Assembly: GCA_905178155.1 (NCBI GenBank)
Contig: CAJINV010000036.1
Location: forward strand, 51,033 to 115,032
Origin: Amoebophrya sp. A120
Lineage: Eukaryota > Protista > Dinoflagellata
DNA length: 64,000 nt
Direction: 5' to 3'
Shown: positions 1 through 14,412 of the stretch, piece by piece
How positions within the stretch are numbered: position 1 is the first letter of the stretch
How the letters are laid out: each line of letters starts with the position of its first letter
Translations under genes and position numbers: made by a program
Notes under the pieces: generated by a model
Seen by the model: only the letters and a program-made list of their open reading frames with translations
What the model was told of the DNA's origin: nothing
Databases searched by the model: none

Positions 1-336
1 ACAGGCTCACACCACTTATACCTGGAGAATTATGAGTACAACTTATATATTGGATACCGCTCCTGTGATTTAGTCACATGCCTCTTGTTGAATTGAGGTG
101 TCAACTTTCTTTCATTTCTTTCAAATAGAAAGGCCTGAAGCCCGTAGGTGTATCATCTACTACGGTGAGCAAGACCACGTCTTCATGAAGGCTACAAATC
201 TAATAAGCCACTAGACTGCGCCAGCGGCGCACAGGCACAGCCACAGCCCACTCGGTTCGTCAGGCCGCGCAACAACCGTATATTTAGACATCGTCGAGAC
301 GCGAAATGCAAAAATGAATCATCAACACTTTTTCAG

Positions 337-1395
337 GTACGGCACGACCTACTTGTTCACCCTGGGGTACTTCTTTATCGGCATGTGCGCCGATGCGTTC
401 CTGCTCCCGGTATATGTATACAACCACAACCGGAACGTGCACCCCCAGGCCGTCCAGGAGTCCTTCCGCGTCTGTCAGTTGCTGTGGAGGTTCTGCAAGC
501 TCTGCTTGCTCCTGAGTGTGCTTTTCACGGCGTTCCTCGCCTTTTTCCCCGTCACGTACGAGTACGCCACAGGGGAGTTTTTGGCGAACACCAACGGAGT
601 ATGAGACTGCACAAATGTTACTCCTCTCGTCGTCACGCGTAAGCATACAACCACACCATACATACGAGGATTCTGTTCTTGTCTTTTGGCACTGCTTGCA
701 TGACAGCTTCTATCTTCCCGCAGCCATTGAATTTGAACTCGAAGATCGCGCGGGGGCTTGTCATGCAGTAGCGACAGTTCTAGTTGTACAACCAATCAAT
801 GCTTGTGTTATTGTTCATGCCCTTCAAATGATGGAGGGGGGACCGCTTGTGCAAGCTCATACGAGGCCACGGTGATGCAGAACCCCTACGACGTTCTGGA
901 GATACCAAGGGGCAGCACCATGCCGGACGCTCACAAAGCCTACAAAAAGATGTCGATGAAGTACCACCCCGACAAAAATTCCAGCGCTGACGCCAAGGAC
1001 AAAATGGCCAATGTCAACGCCGCTTACGAAACGATAAAAAAGGTACTTCAACATCTACTTTGTGCTTTCATGATTACACTTGTTGTTGCATTCCCATTCT
1101 TTATCGCAGCTCCGCGCACCTGCTGAAAAAAATCGACAAATGATCATTCCAGGGCACGATCGGGCTGGAATTCAGTGAAGACGGACTGACGGAGATGGCG
1201 GAACGATGGGTGGAGAAGTGGAAAACGCTGCTGAACTATTTGGAAACCTCGTCCAAAGCTCGCAAAAAGGAGAAGGAGGACAAGACCAAAAAGGCCAAAG
1301 AGACAGAAGACACACCATCGGATGGAACGACCAACAAGAAAACCAGCGACAAAAAGAAATCATCTTCCAGCACAAGGAAAACAAAGGGACGGTAG
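337..1395 (+). CDS. Membrane-associated DnaJ/Hsp40 J-domain protein (5' incomplete; exons ~337-598, 866-1042, 1153-1395)
   Basis: NPYDVLEI...AYKKMSMKYHPDKN...VNAAYETI is a J-domain with the HPD motif. Upstream exon is hydrophobic. GT-AG introns 599-865 and 1043-1152 join the exons in frame. Confidence 0.8.
600..861. mobile_element. Old introner (F-like), now a GT-AG intron 599-865
   Basis: TIR TATGAGACTGCACAA / TTGTGCAAGCTCATA; diverged 5-bp flanks CGGAG/CGAGG; removing element+5 nt keeps the frame. Confidence 0.7.
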
Positions 1396-2861
1396 AGAAT
1401 AAAATCAAAATCAAAGTCACCCCTACATTAGATATAAAAACATGTCGAGTTTTTTCAAAGAAACTGCGCGATCTTTGCTACTTCTATCTACCCCCATCAA
1501 GAATTTGTCACGTATTTGTAGTAGTACGTAGCTCTTCTTCACAGAAGTGATTCGGCTTCCCGTGAAAACCAAGTTTTTTCTACATTTCCCTCGCATGTAC
1601 TGACTAGTACTCCCCAGCAACGCGCACTGGCCCCATCCTCGACGCGCATTCTTCAGCTAGAGGCTAAAGAACCAGCGCATTGTCGAGAGCCCTTGTACGA
1701 AGGCGGCGACTTTTCATCTTTTGCACAGTCACAAACTTTCTTATGTTTGTGTGGTGGTCGTTCGAAGAACAAGACCGTGCATAAAACATTTTTGTTGTGC
1801 CTTTGCAATCGAAGGACTCGCATCTTCAATACGTGCTTTCCAGCGAGGAGGACAAAAGTACACGGAAGATCCGATCGCTGCAGCAGCCTGTTCTCTTTCC
1901 ATACGAATACGGTCCCGGTCGTGTGTGTTCACCGCAGAGAGGGACCCGCATCCATGGGAACAATGTCGTGAGCCCGAGAAACAGTCGCAGATTCGTGTGC
2001 CGTTCGTGCGTCATTTATTTCTGTTTTAAGCGTGATGTCCAAGTATTATGGACCGAAGCTTCACAAGAAGAATAAACCTACATCCTGGGGAGCAAAAAAA
2101 GAAACAGCCGTTCCAGACTTTTTGAACTTGAAGAGAGGCAAAAATATCCTCGTCCTGGTGGGTGAAGAAGCCGAGCAAGCATGAGATGACGAGTAGACGG
2201 CGACCCAGTTTAGGGTGAGGTGAGCAGTGCTATTGCTTCTATTCACACCGAGTCGGAGTCGCTCAATGAAAAAACTAAAAGCGTTATCTTCAATTTCACG
2301 CTCACCTTGAAGAGAAGGAGAAGCGCGCGCGTCATTCAATTTCTCTTTCTTCCAGTTCCAGCTTGCATCGCTGAGCTCGATTTGCAGTTTTCCCGAGAAG
2401 ATGGACCTGCAGTTCTGCACGTTGCATCATTAAAATTATTCAAAAAAAGCAAACGTCGACGCCGTCCACGTCTCGTTCGGACAAGGAGACAGCGCAAGGT
2501 GGCATCCATTCGGCTCTGGGTGTAGATTCTACTAGTTCTGCGTCTAAATTTAGTCCCTCCATTGCAAAGAAGGCTAAGAATGACTGTTGGCGCAGCGGGA
2601 ATTTCTTCGGCTGCAATGCCACAAGTGCTTGTGGGGAAATTGAAGGTTCTGGGCGAGACTTTTGGACTAGTCGAGGCGGCAGGCACAGAACACCGCATCC
2701 CGATTCCGACTGGCGTTTGTACTACTTATACTTAATCGATGTCTATATATTTTGAATGTATCAATTGAATCTTTCTCTTTGTCTTTCTGGTTCTTCATCG
2801 TGGCGAGGCACATTGTCGTTCTAATCATGAAACACTTTGCAATTCGCAATGTGAACTACGT

Positions 2862-5800
2862 ATGGACACGAAAATAAATATTTCAGTCGTGAAGCCGGGT
2901 CAGCTCGTGGGTTTCACGGTCAGTGGGGGATCCACCGAAAGCGAAGTGTGGGTTGCAGTCGACGGAGTTGACCAAGATATTGCAGAGCGAAAGTTTCCGT
3001 CGTGTGTGGGCACCGTAGCAAGGAGGCGTTGCGAGCCGCCCTTGCCCTTGGCCGATGATCTGGATGTCAACGTTCCTGACACGACCGCTGATCCAGCCAC
3101 GGCCGAGCACGTCGATAACTCCTTCGTTCTGCGCGTCCGTGTACCGCGCTGCAGCGAGAGCGACCGCGTCGATCAAGACTCGCACGGCACGACGGACGCA
3201 GGAGCCGCTGCAAGAACCATCCGCCACAGAAGCACGGAAGAGAACATTGACGAGACAGAAGATGACACCATAAGTACGAAAGCAAATTGCGGGAACAAAG
3301 CTAGTGGCACGACCACGCGAACGAGCAGGGCGAGTACGATGGCATCATCCACAGCTACACCGTCGTCGTCAAGCAGTAGTTCATCTTTTTGCGAGTACAA
3401 CCCGAACGACGACGGCTCGCAAAAACATTTCCAAGAGCAAGTTCAGCAAGGGAACCCTTTCCGGACCTCGGGTCTGGCGGAGAACGAGGTGGACACCGCT
3501 GGTGCTGGAGCTGGGGCTTCTACAACCGGGACAATTACAGCGCCATTTGTACCATCAGAGACTGCAGCAGCTCGCATCCAGCAGGTGGAAAATCACGCTG
3601 GTGTCCCAGCAGATGAAAGTACTAACTCGCACAGAGGCATCGTCCCCCCAGAAGACGCACAAGAACAACAAGATGAGTACCCAGCTTCGAACTTTCCCAA
3701 TCTTTGAAATCACTAACACGGTACGTAAAGAAAACAGCACCTCTAGTAATCAGGCATGTTCTTGCATGCACTTGCAAAAAGAAAACTCGCACGCGTTGTG
3801 ATCTTCTTTGTTCATCTAGGACGTCCACGCTAAGATATTGTAGCACGGAACAGGCATGCGCGCAACTTCAGACCGAGTGGAAATTGGGATCGATTTTCGT
3901 TTTCAAGATTCCTACCAGGACATCCCGATTCCCGAGAACCTGTTGGAAGCAGCCCGAAGGTACCTGCTGCAGCATAGCTGCTTTTTAGATATTCTTCTCG
4001 CTATCCATGATCCAACCAATATGTATATCCTTCAGAATCTGAATGTGAATCATTATCGTGGTCATGTGACCGTGCCCGTGCGGTAGCTAGAAGTATGCCA
4101 TTGGCCTGTGAGTATGACTCCCAGTCCGATCTTCACATGACAATAACTACAAGCATTATAACACACAGGAGTCTACAGGAGCCCCTGGCAATCGGAGCGG
4201 TGCTTGCGTGTGAAGTGCAGAACGGCGAAATCGTTGCAGGCCCTGTCTGGAAACAGATAGTCGCAGGTAATGTAAGTTGTAGCTGTTTTGCTGTCATGAA
4301 CATGCACATATTGGTCACAAAATCTGTGAGACCTCCCAGATACATCACTTGCCTGACTCGGAAGTTGAGACTTCCACGCGAAACGATTTTTTGCGAGGTA
4401 GTTTTTCCGCTTATGCCACTGACAACTGAAACTGTCCCCATCTGAGGCAAGCCGAGCCGCGTTTCTCTTCTGTGTCATTCTCGATAAGAGTCATGAAAAG
4501 TCTCGATGCAATACCAATGGAGTTGCAGAAATTCTCCTGTGTGGCAAGAAGAATGAATGACCGCATGCGAAACTGCGGTTCTGCCTGCTGTGGGCGGACC
4601 ACGTAGATTTTTGAATGCGATATCGAGACGCGCCTGTTCCCGAAGCGCGCGGCCACGAACACCGAAGCCGATGCCAGCGACGCTCCAACAACCACGGCAG
4701 CAGCTACAGGTGGCGGCAGAAAAAACGCGCTAGCGGAAGAAGCAGACTTCAATGCGGCACTGCAGGCGGCGGAAGATCTGATGAACCTCGAGTTTTCGAC
4801 AACGGCCGGAGGTGATCATGACGTCGAAATGCGTCCTTCTGAGGAAGAGATGCAGACGCAGGCCGCTGCAAAGCTGCCACAGGACGCAAAGGCAAACTCC
4901 TCCTCGAGTACTATATCAGAGAAAGAGCTGCAGCATGAAGGCGCGCAGGAAAAGCCTTCTGCCGAAGCTTCTGCAACAGGAGCGGCACCGGTACCAACCG
5001 GGACGACACCCGCCACATCCTCGTCCTCCACCACAGCGCAGAATAACATGCAGGGAGTGCATATGGAAGCGTCGGGATCTGGACCGAAATCAACAAAATC
5101 GAAATGATTTGTGATGCATAAAAACGCTACCAGTTGGAGCCTCATTTTCCAAGTGGGGCATGACAAATTTCGGGAGCAACAAAATCCAGCCTGTCATGCT
5201 GTTTGGGCAAGGAAGGCTGCTCCTCTCATGCTACTCTGGCAGCGCATCGCCTTCCCCTAAACGGGCCTGCATTCGGTCCCATTTGCCTCCTCCCCAACAC
5301 AGGCCATACGTGCCCTACATTTTATGCATTACAGATTTTGTAGATTTTGATTCTAACACCTCCATAGTGCACTCCGCTAGATCCGCGCGGAGTCGGCATT
5401 ACTGGTGTGACGACGACATCGACACGAATTTAGAAAACATTCGTATGGGCACCGTGACGTCGACCAGCACCCCAGACAATGACCACACGGTGATCATGAC
5501 CATGAATCGAGAAATGATCTTTTGCCCGACCGAGTATCTGCAAAAACTTCGGCTTGCGCCCGGCACTGACGTCGCCTGCTCCGTCTATACTGACGAAGAT
5601 GGGCATCCAGTGGTAGTTTGTTACTCCACGTTTTTCTGCTTCTTGCTGGTTGAGAAGCAAAGAGTAAATACATACGTAGAGCTGCAATCCTGATAGCTAT
5701 ATGCAAGAACGAGCTTGGTACTACAGTCGCCTGCTAGTTCACAATTTCAACTTCTCTTTCAGGCCGACAGCAGCAAACCGCTCTGGGAGCTCTCCACGCC

Positions 5801-8800
5801 ATTCTATCCTACTGATAGCATTTCTCACATCAAGACCACGACCGAGCGCTAATATTGTAAACAAGCAAGATAGAAACTACAACTTTTTTGACTATGCATA
5901 GTACTTGTTACGCGGTGATCTCCGCAGCTGAAGATCCTGTTCTAGACATGTTGTCGACGACATATCTACAAAGGCGAGATGAGACCGCCGCATTTAATTG
6001 CAGTAAATACAGTTACATCGGTCGTGAGCATGTTTTTGTTGTTGTCATGCAACTATTGACGAAGGCGCAATCCTGAAAGACGCCATGTGCCGGCACGACT
6101 GATTTCTAGGATTCTAAGGAATGCTACTTTTTCCAGTATTTCTTCAAAGAGGAGCAGGTGCCATTCTTTGGCCAGTACTACGGACGCGTGATAAATCTAA
6201 GCTCGCACGTATCATACAGAGAAAATGCAGAACGTAGAATTCGCCCTAGACCAATACCATTGGCGTAGGCAAGGCTCTTGTAGATCGGGGCTCCTGTCGT
6301 TCTTGCGATAATATCGGAGCACTGGAGTATTGCTTTCCGCCCAGCAACTACTAACTGTCTCTGTCAAGCGCAACAAGCGCATTCCGGCGCGCGTGAAAAT
6401 AAACAGAACGACGCTTAGCTGCAAGCGCAAGCATTGGTTCGCGGTCTCGCGGCTGCATTTATTCCTTTTGTGTCGATACCAGGGAAACGGCTTCATTGAT
6501 TGCGACGCGCTGAAAACCGAGTACGGGCACGACCCTTTTGTCCACCAAAAGATTATGCGTCTCTGCGACATCCAGCTGGGGGACATGATCAACTTTACCG
6601 TGCACATCAACAGCAGTGGCACGCCCCAGGTTTCTGCCCCGGTTTGGCGGAAGTGCGAGGAAAACCGGAAGAAATTACCTCAAGTAAGTGCTGTGTTTAC
6701 CCATTTCTGAACCTTAGTTGCCTTGGTACTGGTGGTATATATTCAGGTATTTGCATTCCCTAGCTAATTGACTTGGCCGTTCGACATCAAAGCGGGTGTT
6801 TTTTGGTCAAGTACTGGTAGCAAATTGTTGAAAGTGAAACACATTATGCCGGCCACTTACTCTCAGGAACTCAATGAGCGCGTACAACAGTCACTCGCTC
6901 GCCTAAAGAAGCGAGCACGCAATTGATGTCAATTTCGTTTCAGGAACACCAGCATCTTCAGCATGGGAAGGGCAGCGGACGACCGCAGCAGTCAGTCTTG
7001 GAGCAAATGAAGGGCGCAGCCGGGATGTACATGAAAGGTGGCTCGTCGTCGTCCCTCGCGATGAGTATACTGAAAGGCGGCGTTTTCCCGCCCCATCCTG
7101 GCGCGCTGAGCATGATGAAGGGCGGCGTCGCGCCATCGGCGCACCCACAGCTGCGCATCCCCGATCCGATGCTCTCGTGCCCGGCCGGTTCTCTGGGTGC
7201 CTTGATCGGCAGTCCGATGGAGGAGCAGTCCGCGCGAAGCAGCCCCTCCTTTCCGATCGGCTCGACTACCCCCAACCAGCAGCAGCCTTTCGGTACCAGT
7301 GTCCTAACCCCTGGGGGTTCTAGCGCGACTTCTCATCAAGGCTCTTATGGCCCTGCGACTTTTGGAGGTGCAACTAACAGAAACCGGAATCAACCCCGCG
7401 GCCACCCTTACGGCGCCCAGGCAGCTGGATCTGGGTCACACTTCTTTGACAACAGCATGAAAAATGGATATGGAGATATGCTGGAAGAAAACATCACACA
7501 ACTTGGTGTCCTGCTACCTCTTACCTGAACCTGCCCCTTGGAGTTGGAGATGATGGCACCTCCACCTCCTGTGCTTTCGGCTTATAGACATGATTAAAAA
7601 ACTAAAAGCCTTCGACGTTTTTCTGTGCATTCGTTCCATCTCTGTTCCGTTCACCAATCTCGTTAGACAGGAAAAAGCTCGAGTCGAAGGAGGTAGGACC
7701 ACCTGGACAGCACCATCCATATGCCGTTGATTTGGTACAACGTGTACAAGGTTTTGTATGATTTTGAAAGTACTATAACAGGACAGCTTGTGTTCTGCTG
7801 CATAATCTCAGTCTCGTCTAGGGCGCAGATGACAGGAAACGGCAACTCGTCCGTTTCGCCGAAGGAGTATCTACACCTTCAGCACGGTATGGATTGTAAA
7901 AATGTCTGGGTCTGGAACATTGAAACTTGTGATGCTAACTTTGGACTCTAGAAAAATCTGTATTGCATGACCAGCAAGAGGAGTCTACTTTGTGCTACGC
8001 AGGGAGGGCGTTTGTCATGCGGAGTACGCATCAGGAAGCCCTCTCAAAATCTGTGATGCGCGGTCGTGCATTACAGACATCCTAGGTCATGCAAAACATG
8101 CATGACATATCTCAGAATCTTCCAGACCCAGACATTTTTACATTTGATACACGGGAACTGGGAACTGACGGGCGTCATGCCCAACTCGGCTGACGCTCGG
8201 AATCCGTTGGCCTTCAATCCGGACTGCGAGGGCTGTCTGAAAAACACCAACACCATGGGGCACGGGTTTCTCGCTTGTCCTGCATTTCCTGGAGACGATG
8301 TCTTCGTTCACAAAAAAGTAATGGAAAGGTACCACGCCAAAATGTTGATTTCTCATTACCAGTTTTGAAACTCCGCATCTTCAAGCGATTAAAAAGATAT
8401 TTTGATTTCGTTTTCGTACCGTCGAAAATAATGAAGATATTTGAACGCGCAATTCATTTTCGTGAAGTAGAGCAACGGCATTTGTCGGATCCCAAAACCA
8501 GGTGCAATCTCTCCGTCGGAGATCGGGTCCGGTTCAATGTGCACGTTAGTGCTACGGGCACTGCGCGTATCCTAGTGGAAATAATGTCTTCCAGCGATAG
8601 CATTACCAGGGTGCATGTGATGTTGAAACAAATGCCTTCAGGAAAGAATCTGAAAAAGGCAGCAGGTTGCATAAAAAGAACCCAATATGGACGCACTCCT
8701 ATCTATGCATCACAACCAGGGGGCAAAGAAAATCCTGAGTACGTCGCAAGTCCGGCTGATCTTTTACCTTGGATAGCGCAATGCTCGGCACCGGTGTGGG

Positions 8801-8832
8801 TGTACCGTGGGCCAGCGCCGATGATGTACTGA
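2862..8832 (+). CDS. Multi-exon protein with repeated cold-shock-domain-like (OB-fold) units; boundaries approximate
   Basis: Repeated units GNGFIDCDALKTEYGHDPFVH...GDMINFTVHINSSGTPQVSAPVW (6483-6660) and GHGFLACPAFPGDDVFVH...GDRVRFNVHVSATG...CSAPVW (8258-8800), with weaker units near 2880, 4180 and 5440. Exon structure only partly resolved. Confidence 0.55.
6210..6478. mobile_element. Old introner, now a GT-AG intron 6209-6482
   Basis: Degenerate TIR TATCATACAGAGAAAATGCAG / CTGCATTTATTCCTTTTGTGTCGATA; flanks GCACG/CCAGG; joins SSH to GNGF in frame. Confidence 0.6.
7888..8149. mobile_element. Introner family A
   Basis: ~30-bp TIR TATGGATTGTAAAAATGTCTGGGTCTGGAA / TTCCAGACCCAGACATTTTTACATTTGATA; TSD CACGG; restores HLQHG-NWEL. 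Confidence 0.92.
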
Positions 8833-11090
8833 GTCATCTTCTAACACTATCACCGCCAATAAGTATTTCCCTCACGACTTCAGATGAACCAGAAACCTCG
8901 GCGTGGCGAGCGACGGTGAAACGCCATCAGTCGACTGCGCATCCATTTTTCCCCCCCGACTGCTGAGAATAGGCAAAACTTCGAGGAAGGTTACGGCACC
9001 GGAGGATTGCAGTAGTTTAGATGATTCTATCGGAGGCAAATGTGTCTGGGTCGCGAAGACTGCGTATTAATGTTTGTCAGGCATCTTCTGGAGCACGCAG
9101 CAGCTGGGCATGGGATGCCAAAAAAGCATTACAGGCTGTGAGCAGAAGGCTTCCTCATCATGTCTGCCCAGCATGCGAAAACGAAATTCGCTATTCGTGT
9201 AAGAAGAAGAGGGCAGGAGCTTTGTTAATTTGTATTTGGCCGACACGCAATACAATGATCTTCTTTGCGAATGCGATTGCGATTCAGTCAGACGAGTCAG
9301 CATGACATTCAAGGACCAGATATCTTTGCACTGGATAGATTCGACGCATGGGTTTGATCTCATCGACGAAACGTAAATCGAAAGAGAATAGTCGTGGAAG
9401 AAATGTTTCAATGAAACTATAGTAGCTGCTCTACACTCATCTAGTTTATGCTTGTCGTGAACGTAAATTTAATGAATTACGAATGTAATCATGACGTGAA
9501 AAACAGTAAAGAACAGTATATGGCAACGCCGCGGCTGCGGTTGTAATCTATGATGTACAAACGTACAATGAATAGTGCTATGCGTGATTTTTCGCCGGAT
9601 TTTTGTGACTAGATTATCGCCCCCCAGCAGTTGGAAGATGAATTTTTAAAAGCCCAATATCTAATGACAACAGTGCAACTGTATTCTACTCCAGCAATTT
9701 TAGCAATTTGGTACTAGTATCCAAAAGGACGAAAAATGCTGATGAACACAACATCGATCTCTTTGTTGTGGCCCATGCGAATGCGTGCCATGAAGCTACG
9801 TCGACGGATCACAAAGTACAAAAAGAAAGTAAATGCAAAATCAATAGCAAAACTAGGTATGGTAAACAAAAACAACATAATCGTTTCTTCAGTTCACCTG
9901 CGAGGGTCTACTTCTAGCGTTTGTGAGAGCAGTGGAATTTTTGAAGCGGTAAAGGCAAAGCATTTGTTTCTTCGGGCTGATGGACTATACAGATGCATAA
10001 TTTCCTGCGGTTTTCTAAGCTCGCAGATGCGGCACAACTACTGAAAAATCAGAAGCATCGAAAGTGCAGTACAGAAGCAACTAGCAAGGAAGGTAGTAGA
10101 AAATCGCTGCTGGTGCCCGCCGAAAAAACAGCTCGACCCAGTTGGCACAGCAATGCTTTTTCCTTCCCGCCCGTACCAGATTTGCGAAAGTGCCCATAGA
10201 CGTTATACTTAGTTGGATGCAAGGGCAGTACAGCCTTGCAGCTGGTGCTCGGTGATGCCTTTTATCCACGGAGCCAACATCTACGGATTGCAAATCAAGC
10301 GTGACTGGCGGATTTCAATCCGTTGGCAGGGCTCCCGCTGTTTTTTTTCCACTACGCATACCTAAAACAAACTAGGAGTATATGATAGATTTCCGCAGTA
10401 AATGATCACAGTCCCCGGGTTTCTCCACGAGTCGTGCACAGAACAAGTAATACAAGTACCTATCGCAGCTATAATCGCGGTACGAGGTCAGGTGTGTGGT
10501 GTCCGCCTCCGCGCACGTAGCCCTTTACTGGAAAAATCTTCGCATGAAGACCCACTGCATGAATATGCATAAATAATTAGTTGATTTTCATCGTTATTAA
10601 TCTTCGATGCGACGTTGCGCGTCATGCAGCTCTAGTTTAAGACGATTGTCCTCATGCAGTACACGCCCCCTTGTTTCAAAAACGAAATGGACAACGAGGA
10701 ACATCATAATTACAACATACTACAGCACATCAATCACAATCTGGACAATGTCCGGCATCTTTCCAGCAAGCTAATAAAGCATGACTGGTGCTAAAGCTTG
10801 CCTGGTGTCATCCTTGCTGCTCTCGGCCTGCAACTTGTCGAGTGCAGAAAATCCTCATGTTTTGTTCTGGAACGAGCAGTCATGATCTCACGCCACGTTT
10901 TTCCTTGTGATTTTTTGCATAAGAACCGCAGTCGACGTCGATCGATCCATCTTTTCGATCTGAACCTCCATTGCATTTTTTCAAAAATTCGGATTTTTTA
11001 CAGTTTTCAGTTCGAGTTTCTTGGAAGGGCTTTTTATACGAGCTAGAGCCACGACCGCTTTTTGTATATATTTATGCATCTACTTCAAAG

Positions 11091-13815
11091 ATGAAGAACA
11101 TGATGGGGAGCTGCATGTTTTCGTCTGCAGTAGTTGTTCTTGCGATTGCCAATGTAGGAGCCGCTGCTGAGTCTCTCTGGCCCGTTGACGAATCGCAAAA
11201 TCCGATTCCGCTTCCATCGCCTCTGTCGACGGTGGGATGCGAATGGCGGAACGTGACGGTGCCAGGAGTGTCTCCTCCAGGACGAGTGATGTCCACCGCC
11301 GCCTCCACTACCGAGGGACTTTTACACGGTAGGACGTCTACCGTCGAACACTACGCAATCGCTGATGGGTGGTACTCCTCCACGGGCAAAAACGTATCGG
11401 AACTTCGAAAACCGTTGCGCAAGGGCGACCTGGTACCGACGGGCGTGACCGCGTACGTAGCGATACTCTGCGGCACGACGGAGGAGGACCAAAACGAGGC
11501 TTTGGACGACGGGGAGGTGTTTTCCACCTCGTCTAGTATCCCTCTAGCTATGCTGCAGGAGCACGTCGAGTCTTCAGGCGATGATTGGGGCAAAGGCGAT
11601 GCCTGGTGCGGGCCGGGTCGCGTAGAGGACCGGGCGTGCGTGTACGAGAATCTGTGGCACGTGCCACCGGCGCTCTCATTTTCGGCGGGGGCCAGGGTAC
11701 TGGGAATATCGTCCACATCAAACATGGAGGAGAAGGATCAGGAAGCCGAAGCACGCTCTATTACCACCTCTTCCCTCCGGGACTGGGTGCTGCTTGACAA
11801 CGTCAAAGAACTCAAACGCGAGGATTTATCTGCCAAGGACAAAAACAAAGAGAAGGTTGACGACAACGACGACGTGCTGATGTCGACGACACTTTTTGCC
11901 AGTGAGACGAATTCGCACGCTCAGTGGGCGGGTCGATGGACTGTGCGACCACAAAGAATCGCAGAGAAGAGCGTGCTGAAAGAAGTCGTTGCCGGTTTTT
12001 CTTTGCCGCCGCTTGTGGTGCGCGACGAAGTTCTTTTGGTTTCGCGGAGCGACGCAAGCGGGTCGGCCCACTTTCTGTACGATACGGTAGTCCCGGCGGT
12101 CGCGGCCGGTGCTGGAGCGGCGTCGTTGCACGACACCTCTGCGAGTTCAGCAGGACAAGCGGAAGGACCTCCTGCAGCAGGAGAAGTAGACTCTTCCACT
12201 TCTCGCAGTGTTCTTACGGAGGTCAGCAACACCAGGGGGCCGAAGGTCGTGTTTGTCGACGATTGCAGCCTGACGGGGCGGGGCCCTACCATCGAGTTCC
12301 GCCAGCAGAACGCCCCGGCGCCGGCGACATCTGGGGAAACTTGGTTCGCGAACAGCCTGTATGCTAGCAAATATGTCTGGGTCTGAAGGAATGCGAGTCT
12401 GTCGTGCTTTTCTCACATGGCTCTTGAATTTGTCATGCACATTACCCAAGAGCCCCATTTTTCTGTCATGCAGAAACGGAGTTTGTCATGCAGAATAGGC
12501 AAGAACACCTAGAAGCTCAGAAACTTGTCATGCTGCGCCAGCATTATTTGTGGCCTCCTCATGATACGCCACCCAGCTTCACAAGTTTCCAGACCCAGAC
12601 ACTTTTGCATTTGATAGCCTGCGCAGTTATCCGGCCACCTGCGCGATCATCACAAGACAATGGAGCGACGCCGTGTTCGGGGAGGGTCAATGGACCTCTT
12701 TATCAGCGTTGACGCAAAACCACAGGCGCGCGGTGCTGTTCCGCCGAGCGGCGTCGGGCGGCATGCAGGTTTTCTCGCCGTGGCAGAAAGACCATCCCTA
12801 TCGGCGGCCGGGGCTGATGCGACCACTGTTCGCACAGATCCAGGAAAGGCTGGCGGCTTTCGCGGCGGGGGATCGTCGTGTGGGGCTCGGAGAAAATAAA
12901 GGGAAGTGCGAAAAGAACGAAGTGCAACCTCTTGGGGAAAAACGTGAAGTTGATGCTGAAAATAACTGTGCGAAAGATCACAAAAGTCAAGAGCTCTATA
13001 AAGACCAGGTGGCGAAGAAGAAGAAGTACTATGTGACAATCGCCGTCAAGAAATCCTCCGGGCGACGGACGATCTCAAACCGCGATGCAGTCGTGGCCGC
13101 CGTGCGGGAATTGGTGCGACAAATTGCGGCAGAAGTAGATTCTCCTCTTTCACCATCCGCACAAGAACTGGAGGTGGTCGAACTAGACGTCAGCACGCCG
13201 ACGCATTTGAAACACCAGCTGCATAAAGAGGAACAACCACTTGCAGTTAGTGCTGCAGCTGTTTTGAAACAGGATATCCAGATTCTGCAAAAAACGAAGC
13301 TTTTGATCGCGAACGCGGGAACGCTTCAGGACGTTTACGCGTTCTTGCTACCCGAAAAAACGGCCCTCTACGTCCTTCCCATGTGTGTCGGCGTGCGGCA
13401 AGGGTGCGTCAGCGAGACCTTCTTCTTCGCGGGTTTGAGTCCGACAATCGCGCGGCGAGAACACTTTGTGGATGTGCAGGAGCTTTTGCAGAAAGCGATG
13501 GAGCGAGAGGATCATATAGCTAAAACCTTGCAGCAGGTCGAGAGCACCAGCCGCGAAGGCGCGGACATAGTAGACGAGGATGAAGCTGCTGCGTGGATGT
13601 TTTATCCCACGCTTTCGGAGATGCTGTCGACAGCAGGATTCAACTTCCCGGTGGATGTGCCAAAGCTGGTGAATGACGTGCGCGACCTGTTAGTCACAAC
13701 ACTGAGCAAGAGGACTACATCGAGTGGCCTTGTTCCCTCCTCCGACTCTGCAGCGAAGACGCAATCCTGGGCTGCCGACTTCCTAGACGATCCCTTTATC
13801 CGATTGAGCACATGA
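11091..13815 (+). CDS. Secreted/membrane glycosyltransferase family 61-like protein (one introner)
   Basis: N-terminal signal-like segment. AHFLYDTVVP, RRTISNRDAVV and DIQILQKTKLLIANAGT...FLLPEKTALYVL resemble GT61 motifs. The two ORFs join in frame across 12360-12621. Confidence 0.6.
12360..12616. mobile_element. Introner family A
   Basis: Family A TIRs; TSD GCCTG (12355-59/12617-21); frame restored. Confidence 0.92.
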
Positions 13816-14412
13816 CATCGAGTTCGCCCATGGAGGACAGGAGAAGAAAATGGTCAAGTTCTTTGGCCAAATTCTATCTGTCACTTCTGTATCTTCATGA
13901 ACTAAAACAACTACTGCCACATGTATGATGGAAGGAAATAAACTACTTACAAACAACAGACTGTAGGAAGATCATCACAAACCAGCTATCGCAATCCAGA
14001 AAGAAAAACTGCGAAGTTTAAATTTTTATTGATGTGAGCCTGTTGTGTTTCATTCAACAAAGGTTCTCCGCATACAACGACAAGGTTTTTATGTATTAAG
14101 GATTGATCACATTTTCCGTTATTTTTCTCTTTTTCAGGAGATCCACTGCAAAAAAAGAAGAACTTTTCCGCTGGTGATCACATGATTGAAAGAATCGAAT
14201 CGTCCGTGTTTGCCCCGGCATTTTGATGAGGACGTTAACATTTAGCACCATCCCACCCGACTTCTGAAAATAAGCAGGACACCAGCGACTCATGATTTGT
14301 GACTACACGCAAGCCCGTCTGTTTTATCGCTCAACAGTTTTTGTTTTTGGCGTGAACCACTTGTATTGGCCGTATTCATCTGCATCCTAGTCGTTGTTCC
14401 AAAATCATAATT

